Source: Escherichia phage vB_EcoM_G8
DNA: 64,000 bases
Reading direction: 5' to 3' (one strand)
Sequence record: NC_054915.1
In this document: piece by piece, positions 1 through 8,817 of the stretch
Layout of the letters: every line of letters begins with the position of its first letter
Numbering within the stretch: the first letter of the stretch is position 1
The notes under the pieces: model-generated
What the model was told of the DNA's origin: nothing
The model's input: only the letters and a program-made list of their open reading frames with translations
Database searches by the model: none
Position numbers and translations under genes: made by a program

Positions 1-2178
1 TTAGGCCGCAAGGGCCTTCATAGTTTTAGCGATTTGGGAAACTTCATCATCACTTAAAGAGTTGCGATAACCGATGAAGTCGGAAACAATACGGAATTTC
101 TTGGTAAACTCAGCAACCATTTTATCACTATTTTTTGAAGCATTACGTGATAATTCATCAAAGAGATTAGTTACTGTCCAGATGTCATGACCGATGGTAT
201 CTTTTCCACCATTAAAATATACACCCTGTAATGAACTAACCATATTAGCAAGTCGTGTATATTCTTCAGAAACTTCATCTACACTGAAGTACTTCATCAT
301 AAAATCTAACTCAGGATACTTGATAATTTTATCAATATATCGTTTAGCTGAACTTGAATAACCTACATACTTATCATAATCTACATCATCAAAAGCATCT
401 ACATATAAATCACGCAAAGCTTCAAAAATACATTGGCACTGACCGAGTTCTTTTACCTTTTTCTGTAAAAGCGGACGAATAACATAAAATTCATTAATGC
501 CAATAAGATTAGCCATACGAATCAAAATATTCATAGATGGATGACAAATAGATGTAGTACCATCCATAGAGAAAATATCAGAACGATGCATATACGCTAC
601 ATAACCAGTAATTTCATCTGCTTCTGACGTAAGTGTAAATAGTTCCTCTTTTTCCCAGCGCCCGTCTTTAATTTCAAATTTAAATGCAGTAGCAGCTTTA
701 GGACGAGGAGCTTTACTTTTAACTACCTTTGGAATATAGCTTTTAACTAAAGCTTCAATTTCTGACAAATAATGAATGTTAACTTCATCACTTTCAAACA
801 TCGCCATAATATCAGGAAGTAAATCAATCTGCGATTCTACTTCTGGATTAATAAACAGAAGACGCTCATTGTGATGAATATTCAAAGTGTTATTAAATTC
901 ACTATCATCTAACGCACGTGCTAATCCACGGACAATATTAACACGATTTTTAATATTATCAATAACGATATTAATTTTTGTTGCATTAATACCAAACAGA
1001 CGATAACTTGATGCAACGGCTGAAGTTTCATGACTTTGCTTAATGCGTTTCAGTCGAGGGTCAAGATTTACTTCATACACAACTCCTGCATTGCATAACT
1101 TACTGTCAGGTTCAAACATGCTCTGCATCTTTTTATATGACAGATTTTTAGTCGTGAATTTGACTGAATTACTAATCATATAATCTCGAGCAGAATATCC
1201 CATCTTCATCAATTCACGATATGTGTGACGAGGAGATGTAGATTCTTTAAATCGTTTTACATCTTCATTAAATGCTTTCTCACTGAGTTCTTTAACCCGT
1301 TCAATAATGTTTTTACGAGTACGATCATCCAGTGAAAGAGCCTCGCGAGATGGAGCAATATCAAGTGAACCCATTGGAAACTTAATGTAATTCACTTCAT
1401 TGCGAATGCTTAGCCAGTTACGGTCTCTAATAACACCATCGATAGGATAAACAATACCGCCATAGATAGCATATAATCCACCACGATCTGGCCAGTATCT
1501 TTCTGGATTTACGCCATAATAATCATCAAAATCCGGAAAATAATCAATTTCGCGGTCAAGACCATTAATGATAGCCAAATCTTTGAACGGTCGCATGATA
1601 TAAGAAACTTCATAAGCAAAGTTTCTAAAGTCTTTTTCTTCAACTGGAACTACAATTTCAATACCAGTTTTATCATCTGGACCCATTTCTTTCACGAATG
1701 TAGGTTTAATCTGTGGGCCATCACCATCCATGTAAGCTACATAACCACGAATTTCACCTTTATGGTATGAAGTAATACTAAACGTATCAGTATAACTAAA
1801 CGGAGATTTAGAACCTAAACCAAATCCGCCAATGAAATCGTTAGATTCAGCCTTAGATGAACTGAAGTATGAATTATACAAACCAGGAGAATTATCATCA
1901 CCCTGAATATCAAAATCACTCATACCCGGACCAAAATCTCGACAAACAAATCGTGGATCTAAACGTCCAGGAACTTGTATGATAAATTTTTCAGGATTTC
2001 CATTGAGAGCATGGGCATCAATCATGTTGGTAATCAATTCACGGACTACTGCGCGAATCTTGTTTGTATACAAATCAGATGACAGAATTTTAAATACTTT
2101 AGGATTTGCTGCGATGCTAAATGCTTTTGATTTAGAACCATTACCAAGAATTGTTTCTTTTTCAGTGGTGATAATCAT
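1..2178 (-). CDS. rIIA: rIIA protein (rapid-lysis / Rex-exclusion locus)
   Basis: 725-aa ORF with stop at window positions 1-3; N-terminus [16 protein letters not shown] and length match remembered T4 RIIA (725 aa). Confidence 0.9.
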   Translation of the reverse strand: MIITTEKETILGNGSKSKAFSIAANPKVFKILSSDLYTNKIRAVVRELITNMIDAHALNGNPEKFIIQVPGRLDPRFVCRDFGPGMSDFDIQGDDNSPGLYNSYFSSSKAESNDFIGGFGLGSKSPFSYTDTFSITSYHKGEIRGYVAYMDGDGPQIKPTFVKEMGPDDKTGIEIVVPVEEKDFRNFAYEVSYIMRPFKDLAIINGLDREIDYFPDFDDYYGVNPERYWPDRGGLYAIYGGIVYPIDGVIRDRNWLSIRNEVNYIKFPMGSLDIAPSREALSLDDRTRKNIIERVKELSEKAFNEDVKRFKESTSPRHTYRELMKMGYSARDYMISNSVKFTTKNLSYKKMQSMFEPDSKLCNAGVVYEVNLDPRLKRIKQSHETSAVASSYRLFGINATKINIVIDNIKNRVNIVRGLARALDDSEFNNTLNIHHNERLLFINPEVESQIDLLPDIMAMFESDEVNIHYLSEIEALVKSYIPKVVKSKAPRPKAATAFKFEIKDGRWEKEELFTLTSEADEITGYVAYMHRSDIFSMDGTTSICHPSMNILIRMANLIGINEFYVIRPLLQKKVKELGQCQCIFEALRDLYVDAFDDVDYDKYVGYSSSAKRYIDKIIKYPELDFMMKYFSVDEVSEEYTRLANMVSSLQGVYFNGGKDTIGHDIWTVTNLFDELSRNASKNSDKMVAEFTKKFRIVSDFIGYRNSLSDDEVSQIAKTMKALAA

Positions 2179-2188
2179 AATTTCCTCA

Positions 2189-2392
2189 TTAATTCATATT
2201 ACGCTTAATAACTTCAGCAACTTCTAGTAATTCATCTTTAGTTGCGGTGTCGGATTGAATTTTATCTCTAATATCCTTAAAGCGGTTTTTAAATTCTTCG
2301 GCTTCTCCCATATCGAAAAAGCGTTGAATGATTCTATATTCTCGATGAACTGCTTTATCAAAAAGTTCTAAATTTACTTTATATGATTTCAT
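2189..2392 (-). CDS. rIIA.1-like small protein
   Basis: 67-aa ORF immediately upstream of rIIA, served by early promoter at 2418-2447 and a GAGGA RBS; T4 gene order. Confidence 0.6.
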   Translation of the reverse strand: MKSYKVNLELFDKAVHREYRIIQRFFDMGEAEEFKNRFKDIRDKIQSDTATKDELLEVAEVIKRNMN

Positions 2393-2417
2393 TTCAATAT
2401 CCTCATTTGCCCAATTA

Positions 2418-2447
2418 ATTATACCACATCCTTGTGGTAAAGTAAAC
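2418..2447 (-). promoter_or_regulatory. T4-type early promoter (-35 GTTTAC, 18-nt spacer, -10 TATAAT on minus strand)
   Basis: plus strand reads attata...gtaaac; -35 overlaps gene 39 stop codon. Confidence 0.7.
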
Positions 2448-4267
2448 TATTGGCTCATCCATTCTTTACGAAGGTCAGCATTATCTCCCATGAGCATTTC
2501 AAAAAGCTCTTTCCAGTTCTCAGGAAGTTTAACAACATCATATACTGGGTTTTGAATCATCTCACGATATTCAGATTTTTCCAAAGAGCCAAGTCCCTTA
2601 ATATAACGGATGCTATGTTTAGGTAGAGCATCTTTAGCACTCTCATATTCAGCGACTGTATAAAACCATTCTTGTTTTTTACCGACCTGAGCGATGATTA
2701 CAGGAGTTTTGACAAAACGAATTCGTCCTTGCTCAAACAATTCTGGCCAATTACTAAAAAATCCGAGCAGAGAAGGATAAATGCTTCCTAGACCATCATG
2801 GTCAGCATCAGTCATAATAGCAATATTATGATAATTCAAGTTTTCAGCTTTTTCACCAAGAACTAATCCAGTGATTGCGCAAATATCAAATAGTTCTTTG
2901 TTTTTAAGCATATCAGCATATGACATACCCCAACTGTTGAGAACTTTACCACGTAATGGATAACCACCATGAAGTTCTTTATCACGAACATCAATAAGAT
3001 ATCCGATAGCCGAATCACCCTCAGTCAAGAAAAGAGTAGTGTCAGCATCTTTACCACAAAGATTCGCTTTGATATGTTTATGAACCTTAGCTTTAGAAGC
3101 CTTTTTAGCTGCTTTAGTTTCTGCTGCTTTTTCTGCCGCCAATTTACGAGCTAATGCTGCTTCAATAATCGGCATTAAAATTGCTTCATTATTCAAAATA
3201 GCACGTGAAATCTTTTTAGCATCAAGTTGAATATGACTACGGATTTCACCAAATGGAGAAGTCAAACGCTCTTTAGTTTGAGAATCAAATCGCATGTTTT
3301 TCATATCACGAACAAACATAACGATAGTCAAACATTCTTTAACGCGTGCTTTAGTTACATCAATTTTGAACTTGCGTTTGATTTGTGGAATAAGGTCTTC
3401 ACAAATATCATCCATAACACAGTCAATGTGATGGCCACCATTCTTAGTGTGAATGTTATTCACATAAGTTAATTGACGAAAACCGTCGGGTGAACGACCA
3501 ACCGCAATAGAACAATTTTCTTGTTCTTGAACGATAGCATGTTCATCATACTGTCGTGCATATTTCTTAAAATTGCCCTGAACCTTTTTACCATTAAAGG
3601 TAAATTGAATATCAGGATAAACAACAGCAAGTGTCTGGAGACGATCTAGTGTAATGTCAAGATAAACCTGGGACAGCTCATTAGTTTCAAATGACATAAA
3701 ATCAGGAATGAAAGTAACACGGGTTCCTTTCCATTTTCCAGGAATATCTTCCCATGATTTATTTTCCATGCCGTTTGAACAACGAACTACAATATTATTT
3801 TGACCATCGCCAGTTTCACCGACAAACATCACAGAAAAAATGTTTGTCAAACTAGAACCAACACCATTCATACCGCCGGTGACGCGTTCTTTATCATCAC
3901 CGAAGTTACCACCCGCTTTTGGAATAGTCCATGCAGCAACTGGACCAGGAATTTCTTCACCGGTAGGTGTTTTAACCATCGCTTGTGGAATACCACGACC
4001 GTTATCTTCAACTGTTACTTGATTGTTTTTAATAGTAACATTAATTTTATTTGCGAATTTAAACTTAGTACGAATACCTTCATCTACTGAGTTATCGATA
4101 ATTTCATCAATAAGCTTAACAAGACCAGGTACATACTGAACACTTTCCCATTTACCAAACAGAAAGCGCTCATGCATTTCATTAGCAGAAGAGCCAATGT
4201 ACATGCCGCTACGCTTTTTGATATGTTCAATATCGCTCAGAATTTTAATTTCATTCTTAATCATCAC
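2447..4267 (-). CDS. 39: DNA topoisomerase II large subunit, uninterrupted gp39 (GyrB-like ATPase + Toprim; includes the segment that is separate gene 60 in T4)
   Basis: 606-aa ORF; GHKL ATPase and Toprim motifs; C-terminal portion continuous with N-terminal portion; directly adjacent to rIIA.1 with no mobA/gene 60 between. Confidence 0.92.
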   Translation of the reverse strand: MMIKNEIKILSDIEHIKKRSGMYIGSSANEMHERFLFGKWESVQYVPGLVKLIDEIIDNSVDEGIRTKFKFANKINVTIKNNQVTVEDNGRGIPQAMVKTPTGEEIPGPVAAWTIPKAGGNFGDDKERVTGGMNGVGSSLTNIFSVMFVGETGDGQNNIVVRCSNGMENKSWEDIPGKWKGTRVTFIPDFMSFETNELSQVYLDITLDRLQTLAVVYPDIQFTFNGKKVQGNFKKYARQYDEHAIVQEQENCSIAVGRSPDGFRQLTYVNNIHTKNGGHHIDCVMDDICEDLIPQIKRKFKIDVTKARVKECLTIVMFVRDMKNMRFDSQTKERLTSPFGEIRSHIQLDAKKISRAILNNEAILMPIIEAALARKLAAEKAAETKAAKKASKAKVHKHIKANLCGKDADTTLFLTEGDSAIGYLIDVRDKELHGGYPLRGKVLNSWGMSYADMLKNKELFDICAITGLVLGEKAENLNYHNIAIMTDADHDGLGSIYPSLLGFFSNWPELFEQGRIRFVKTPVIIAQVGKKQEWFYTVAEYESAKDALPKHSIRYIKGLGSLEKSEYREMIQNPVYDVVKLPENWKELFEMLMGDNADLRKEWMSQ

Positions 4268-4316
4268 TTATCCTCGTTTGGTTTCGGGAATATTATACTC
4301 CAATAATCATAAAGCT

Positions 4317-4334
4317 AAAGGCCCGAAGGCCTTT
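4317..4334 (-). promoter_or_regulatory. C(UUCG)G tetraloop stem-loop (6-7 bp stem) between lipoprotein gene and gene 39
   Basis: plus strand aaggcc-cgaa-ggcctt; followed on minus strand by ttggagTATAAT -10-like element. Confidence 0.55.
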
Positions 4335-4603
4335 TATTTAAAACGAATAGTCGAATCCTTGAAGAATAGTCCAGAACATACTGTTCCTTCTACTTTCTGC
4401 CCAGTAGGTCCAATAGCACGAAATCCAGTATGCTGGAAATCATTTTCAGAGCAACCGAACCAATTATATCCAGTGATTTCAATATTAGTAAAACCACTTG
4501 AAGACAAAACTTTGGTTGCATTATCAGCATCAGTACATCCTATTAAAGACACTGCTAATACTAATGCTGCAATAGAACGATTAATATATTTCATAATTTT
4601 CAC
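4334..4603 (-). CDS. putative lipoprotein (signal peptide + lipobox LIGC)
   Basis: 89-aa ORF; N-terminal hydrophobic segment ending in LIGC. Confidence 0.6.
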   Translation of the reverse strand: MKIMKYINRSIAALVLAVSLIGCTDADNATKVLSSSGFTNIEITGYNWFGCSENDFQHTGFRAIGPTGQKVEGTVCSGLFFKDSTIRFK

Positions 4604-4977
4604 TTAAATTTAATGGCTTGAAGAAGACTAATAACTCTCAAGCGGCTTCTTTCATCTTTAACTGTAAAGGAAAGAGGGTCACCAGATTTCATAGTGATAG
4701 TGCATTCAAAATCAAAATCTTCAGGAACTTCTTCGAAGAAGTCAAATTCTTCATCATAAATTAGAACATTACTTTGAAAACTGTGAAGAATTTTTCCATC
4801 ATTTCCAGATGCTGTACTAATCATTGTAACATTATTACCTTTCATATCTTCAACGATAAATTCGCTTGTAGATATTACAGCATTAATAGAACCATTCCTA
4901 TAAATAGCAGACATTAGATATTTCTTTTCTTCGCCTTCGCGAATACGATACTTCTTACCGATTTTAAACATAATCAC
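4600..4977 (-). CDS. hypothetical protein
   Basis: 125-aa ORF, start/stop overlap with neighbours typical of T4 early operons. Confidence 0.5.
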   Translation of the reverse strand: MIMFKIGKKYRIREGEEKKYLMSAIYRNGSINAVISTSEFIVEDMKGNNVTMISTASGNDGKILHSFQSNVLIYDEEFDFFEEVPEDFDFECTITMKSGDPLSFTVKDERSRLRVISLLQAIKFK

Positions 4978-5150
4978 CCTTTAAGTAAGTCGTAAAAACC
5001 ACCATTCACATGCTTAGGAGCGGAAACTAACCGAATAGCAATCCGATGACAATCAGGACATACATCAGTATCCCTTTCAGAAATTTTCTTGATTTTTTCG
5101 TATTCTTTTGCGCAGTCTTTGGATTGACATTTATAATCATAAAGAGGCAT
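4974..5150 (-). CDS. FmdB-type zinc-ribbon small protein (58 aa), not in supplied ORF track
   Basis: hand translation MPLYDYKCQSKDCAKEYEKIKKISERDTDVCPDCH...; two CxxC pairs; coordinates approximate. Confidence 0.5.
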   Translation of the reverse strand: MPLYDYKCQSKDCAKEYEKIKKISERDTDVCPDCHRIAIRLVSAPKHVNGGFYDLLKG

Positions 5151-5152
5151 AA

Positions 5153-5572
5153 TTATTCCTTAAAGTGAGCTTTCAACATCTGATACAAGGACCATGCTTG
5201 TTCATTATTTTCAATAGTAACTTTCATTACCGGGAATTCTGTGAAATCTTCTATTTGTTCTTGCTCTTCCTGCTCTTGTTCTTCAGCAGCCTGATATGGA
5301 TTTTCAACTTCATCAAAGAACCCAGCTTCGTTAGTAGAGAGCCAGATAAAGTTTTCGTCAAGGATATCACCGCCGGCACAACGTTTGAGTACACCTATGG
5401 ATGTCATAATTTTAGTAGGACGCCCAAGATAATCAGCATCTAAAATTTTAAAAGGCTCCATACCTAAACGTCGCGCATAAATTCCGTTATCAGTATGGTC
5501 TTTAATAAAATTTTCTTGAGCTTGTTTATTTTTAAATTGATACCATTTATTAACTTCAAATTTAATAGCCAT
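5153..5572 (-). CDS. hypothetical protein with acidic EQ-rich segment
   Basis: 139-aa ORF. Confidence 0.55.
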   Translation of the reverse strand: MAIKFEVNKWYQFKNKQAQENFIKDHTDNGIYARRLGMEPFKILDADYLGRPTKIMTSIGVLKRCAGGDILDENFIWLSTNEAGFFDEVENPYQAAEEQEQEEQEQIEDFTEFPVMKVTIENNEQAWSLYQMLKAHFKE

Positions 5573-5787
5573 TAATAAATTTCCTTCCAGTAAGTTGTGC
5601 CGTCTTCAGTAATTTCACGAAATACACCGTAAATTGGCTGTTTATCACCGACTTTCTCATACACATAAACAGAAGTCAAGTGAGTAAACTTGCTAGTATG
5701 TTCCTTTTGAACTACTACCAAATTTGGATCAAATAATACATCTTCAAATTCATCATTAGTGCAGTTCTGAACAATTTTACGTTTCAT
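5572..5787 (-). CDS. hypothetical small protein
   Basis: 71-aa ORF, ATGA overlap with downstream gene. Confidence 0.5.
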   Translation of the reverse strand: MKRKIVQNCTNDEFEDVLFDPNLVVVQKEHTSKFTHLTSVYVYEKVGDKQPIYGVFREITEDGTTYWKEIY

Positions 5788-5885
5788 TACAATTTCCTCA
5801 TTAATTAAACATTGGAGCGATGCGTTTCAGAAGAGTATCAGCACCTTTAGCGAATTTCCATTTTATTCTCCAAGTTGTTTTCTGT

Positions 5886-5927
5886 ATCAGTAGTTGATAT
5901 TGATATAGTACCATAATCAACTACTGA
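5886..5927. repeat. 13-bp perfect inverted repeat (atcagtagttgat / atcaactactgat) with 16-nt spacer containing early-promoter-like tatagtacca motif
   Basis: read directly in intergenic region 5788-5958. Confidence 0.6.
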
Positions 5928-5958
5928 TGTATATAGTTTTATGAAAAAATTTTAAACT

Positions 5959-6447
5959 TTATGCATAGAGAGCATTGCTATAGTGTTTAATCCAACTTTC
6001 AGGAATGACTTTGTATGTTCCTAAAAATACCACATTGTACAGCTTAACACCATCTTCTACCCATTGATCAGTAATGTATCCACACATAGCGCGAGTATAA
6101 ACAGCCTTTCCATCATCTTTGATAAATTTAAATTCACAAGGAGCAACGAACTTGATAGCTTGACCGAGTTTCCACTTAAAGTCTACACCTACGTGCGAAG
6201 TATCAATCGTTTCAATTCCTTTAGCGGGAACAGCTTTCAAAAACGCAGATTCAAGAAATTTCGCGCGAACATAACCAAACTGAGGTTTAGACTTTCCATC
6301 TTTAGGAATGATACGCACTTTTACTTCAGAATCTTCATCTTTAACGCCGTGTTTAAGCTGAATGCTTACAATTTCGACCAATTTTCCTGCTGCTTTAGAG
6401 CGGGATTTATCAGATACACGAGCTAATTCACCAATATTAATAATCAT
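5959..6447 (-). CDS. MotB-like protein (162 aa; either motB or motB.1 of T4 order)
   Basis: length equals T4 MotB; position between gene 39 block and dexA; shares C-terminal TDQW-EDGV-L-NVV motif with next ORF. Confidence 0.55.
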   Translation of the reverse strand: MIINIGELARVSDKSRSKAAGKLVEIVSIQLKHGVKDEDSEVKVRIIPKDGKSKPQFGYVRAKFLESAFLKAVPAKGIETIDTSHVGVDFKWKLGQAIKFVAPCEFKFIKDDGKAVYTRAMCGYITDQWVEDGVKLYNVVFLGTYKVIPESWIKHYSNALYA

Positions 6448-6491
6448 AGTTATCTCTCACTTGTTAAAAAGATTTTATACTCCACAGGACC

Positions 6492-6521
6492 ATTATACTC
6501 TGGTCCCAAGAGTTTGTAAAC
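6492..6521 (-). promoter_or_regulatory. T4-type early promoter
   Basis: plus strand attata-18nt-gtaaac upstream of ORF starting at 6447. Confidence 0.65.
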
Positions 6522-6523
6522 TA

Positions 6524-7066
6524 TTAATTCAAAATAGCTACCACTGCACTACGAGGTACTACGCTAAAATCACCCGCATGAACAACGTTCAGAAGTTCAA
6601 CACCATCTTCAATCCATTGGTCTGTTACCCAACCACAGACCGAAATAAATGGGGTCTTAATAGCTACTGCATGAGTCAAAAGGTCAGTAGGATCAACTTC
6701 TTTGAAGAGGATAAGCTCTGCTTCAAAGACTATAGTTTTAATTACTTCATCATTATCTAAACGGTGTACTCGAATCACGTAAGCTTTATTCTTATCATAC
6801 CAGTTACTTTTTGAAAAGCTTTTAACCACAAACTCGCCTTCACCAAAAGCATTAGTCAATGCTTTATAACCCAAATTTAGTTCAGTAGTTTTAATTTCAG
6901 TTTCAACCAGTTTGTAGGTTTTGCCAATTTCGATGGTCCGAGCAGTCATAAATGTTTCCTTAATTTCTAATGGTTTAACAAGAGTGCCGTACATGCTTGC
7001 TATATCCATATCAAACGGTTTAGCTACCGGATTTGGTATGTATTCAGGATTATAATTAAATTTCAT
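6524..7066 (-). CDS. MotB-paralog protein (180 aa)
   Basis: C-terminal 35 aa clearly similar to 5959-6447 product. Confidence 0.55.
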   Translation of the reverse strand: MKFNYNPEYIPNPVAKPFDMDIASMYGTLVKPLEIKETFMTARTIEIGKTYKLVETEIKTTELNLGYKALTNAFGEGEFVVKSFSKSNWYDKNKAYVIRVHRLDNDEVIKTIVFEAELILFKEVDPTDLLTHAVAIKTPFISVCGWVTDQWIEDGVELLNVVHAGDFSVVPRSAVVAILN

Positions 7067-7068
7067 AA

Positions 7069-7608
7069 TTATCTCATTTCAATAAAATCTACGAGTTCAG
7101 CATGCGATTTGCGGAACATTACTTGGTGCCCACCAATGATAACTTCATCTTCAGGAACTTCGTATACAGCGAGATAAAATCCTTTAGAAGATAATTCTTC
7201 CCGCTCTTCTCGCGTGAACCATCTCATCATATCATATTCGCTAGCGAAAGCAAAATGATAAAGACCTATAAACCATCCTGGAATATGATATTCTACTCCA
7301 ACATAATCTTTCTTGAACTTAGTATTAATTACTTTATTAGCGTTTTTAACTAATAGTTTATCTTCGTGTGGTAAAGGAATTCTTTTATTATTATCGCTAT
7401 GATGCATAAAATTAGGTCTGTCATAACCTACGTGTAATAACCACTCTTCGCTCCATGAATCTATTATACTCCTGTATGGCGTTATTTGAACACAAAGATT
7501 TCGACGTATTGTTATAGCATCTTCATAATCAAGAATACTAAACGATGATTCAACGCGATAAATTTTCATTTTATTATCCTCAGTAGCTATGATGTTATAA
7601 TACCACAA
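7069..7608 (-). CDS. hypothetical protein (true start probably internal MKIYRVESS near 7569, downstream of promoter)
   Basis: 179-aa track ORF; early promoter at 7598-7626 lies inside the 5' end of the track ORF; GAGGA RBS before internal ATG. Confidence 0.5.
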   Translation of the reverse strand: MWYYNIIATEDNKMKIYRVESSFSILDYEDAITIRRNLCVQITPYRSIIDSWSEEWLLHVGYDRPNFMHHSDNNKRIPLPHEDKLLVKNANKVINTKFKKDYVGVEYHIPGWFIGLYHFAFASEYDMMRWFTREEREELSSKGFYLAVYEVPEDEVIIGGHQVMFRKSHAELVDFIEMR

Positions 7609-7626
7609 CTAACCGAGGAAGTAAAC
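7598..7626 (-). promoter_or_regulatory. T4-type early promoter (-10 TATTAT)
   Basis: plus strand ataata-18nt-gtaaac just downstream of dexA stop. Confidence 0.6.
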
Positions 7627-7632
7627 AACTTT

Positions 7633-8316
7633 TTATCGTTTTGTTGGAAGAGACAGAGGATCGCACTCTTCCTCTGACGGGGCATCTTCAAGACCCATAG
7701 CATATCGCAAAGCATACTTCATCATCAGGATGTCTTTCGCACAGTCATGAATAGAATTATGCGCAACGAATCCATCTAAAGTTCCTTTTGGAAGAGGACA
7801 TGTGGTCATATCACGAACAAGGAGAAGTGCTTCAATTCTAGTACGAATATCACGCTGATTCCAGAATTTACATGGTTCTAGCTTAAATGTGTCAAGCTCA
7901 TTCTCAGAAACGCCGTTAAGACGTTGAATATCGCGAATGAGATCGACTAAAATTGGAAAATCAAACGACATTCCACGGCACCAACCTTGAGATTTCCAAG
8001 GATCGATATTATGTGCATTGATGTAATCATTAAATTTTGCAATACCATCGATAGTGCTTACATCTTCATCTGATGGTGCAATATTTTTTCGAGCTTCAGG
8101 GGATTGATTCTTCCACCATTCGATAGTGCTTTTAGTAAAAAGACGATGTCCTTTTTGGCTTTTTAAATCAAATTTGATTTTAATGCCGCGTGAAACTAAT
8201 TCATCAAATGTTTCAACTACTTCTGGATTAGGGTCAAAGGCAATAACAGCCAAATCAATAACAGCTGCTTTTTCACCACTTCCCATTGTTTCAAAATCTA
8301 TAATAAAATCAAACAT
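7633..8316 (-). CDS. dexA: exonuclease A (DnaQ-like 3'-5' exonuclease)
   Basis: 227-aa ORF, same length as T4 DexA; DEDDh-type motifs (FDFETMG, HNSIHDCAKD). Confidence 0.85.
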   Translation of the reverse strand: MFDFIIDFETMGSGEKAAVIDLAVIAFDPNPEVVETFDELVSRGIKIKFDLKSQKGHRLFTKSTIEWWKNQSPEARKNIAPSDEDVSTIDGIAKFNDYINAHNIDPWKSQGWCRGMSFDFPILVDLIRDIQRLNGVSENELDTFKLEPCKFWNQRDIRTRIEALLLVRDMTTCPLPKGTLDGFVAHNSIHDCAKDILMMKYALRYAMGLEDAPSEEECDPLSLPTKR

Positions 8317-8573
8317 TAAATTTTCCTTGCTAAATCGCGAATTTGACCTACAGTATAGTCTTGAATATAAACTTTATTAATAGGCTCATCAATAAATTTT
8401 GCCATAGATTCAATATCTTTTTGTATTTCTTCAAGACTGTATACTATCTTTAAAGCTTTTTCGCGAATAGTAATATTTTCAGGACCCTGATTTTCTTGAA
8501 TGACAGCTTTAACATTTGTCATAAGAGATTTAAACTGGTACCAACTTAATTCAATCATTAATAATCGCCTCAT
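8316..8573 (-). CDS. dexA.1-like small protein
   Basis: 85-aa ORF; paralogous to next ORF. Confidence 0.55.
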   Translation of the reverse strand: MRRLLMIELSWYQFKSLMTNVKAVIQENQGPENITIREKALKIVYSLEEIQKDIESMAKFIDEPINKVYIQDYTVGQIRDLARKI

Positions 8574-8811
8574 AAAGATATCTAATTTCGCCTAAAACGT
8601 AATCATTGATTGTAACAGTTTTCACTTCACCACAAAAGAATTCTAACGCAATTAAATCTCGTTCAATTTCTTCTAATTGAAGCATCAACTTACTAGATTC
8701 AATTTTTACAGTTTCACGATTTTTACCATGAGCAATTTCATAAATTTCGCTAACTTTATCCTGAAGAAGATAAAACTGATCTTTAGTTATTTCCACGAAT
8801 AGCTTCCTCAA
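8551..8811 (-). CDS. dexA.2-like small protein
   Basis: 86-aa ORF; shares LEEIxxDL and DYxxGxIR motifs with 8316-8573. Confidence 0.55.
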   Translation of the reverse strand: MRKLFVEITKDQFYLLQDKVSEIYEIAHGKNRETVKIESSKLMLQLEEIERDLIALEFFCGEVKTVTINDYVLGEIRYLYEAIIND

Positions 8812-8817
8812 ATTTAA

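Noticed and set aside
1979-2227. Plus-strand 82-aa ORF overlapping rIIA and rIIA.1
   Set aside because: Fully embedded antisense to well-supported genes and low-complexity; the same applies to most other plus-strand track ORFs (for example 2969-3154, 3800-4090, 9526-9895, 25618-26075, 30305-30721, 32717-33100, 61094-61477, 63419-63883).
2447-4267. Search for the gene 60 translational-bypass element (50-nt coding gap with take-off/landing GGA codons)
   Set aside because: Gene 39 is a single continuous ORF here; no gap or hairpin-interrupted frame is present.
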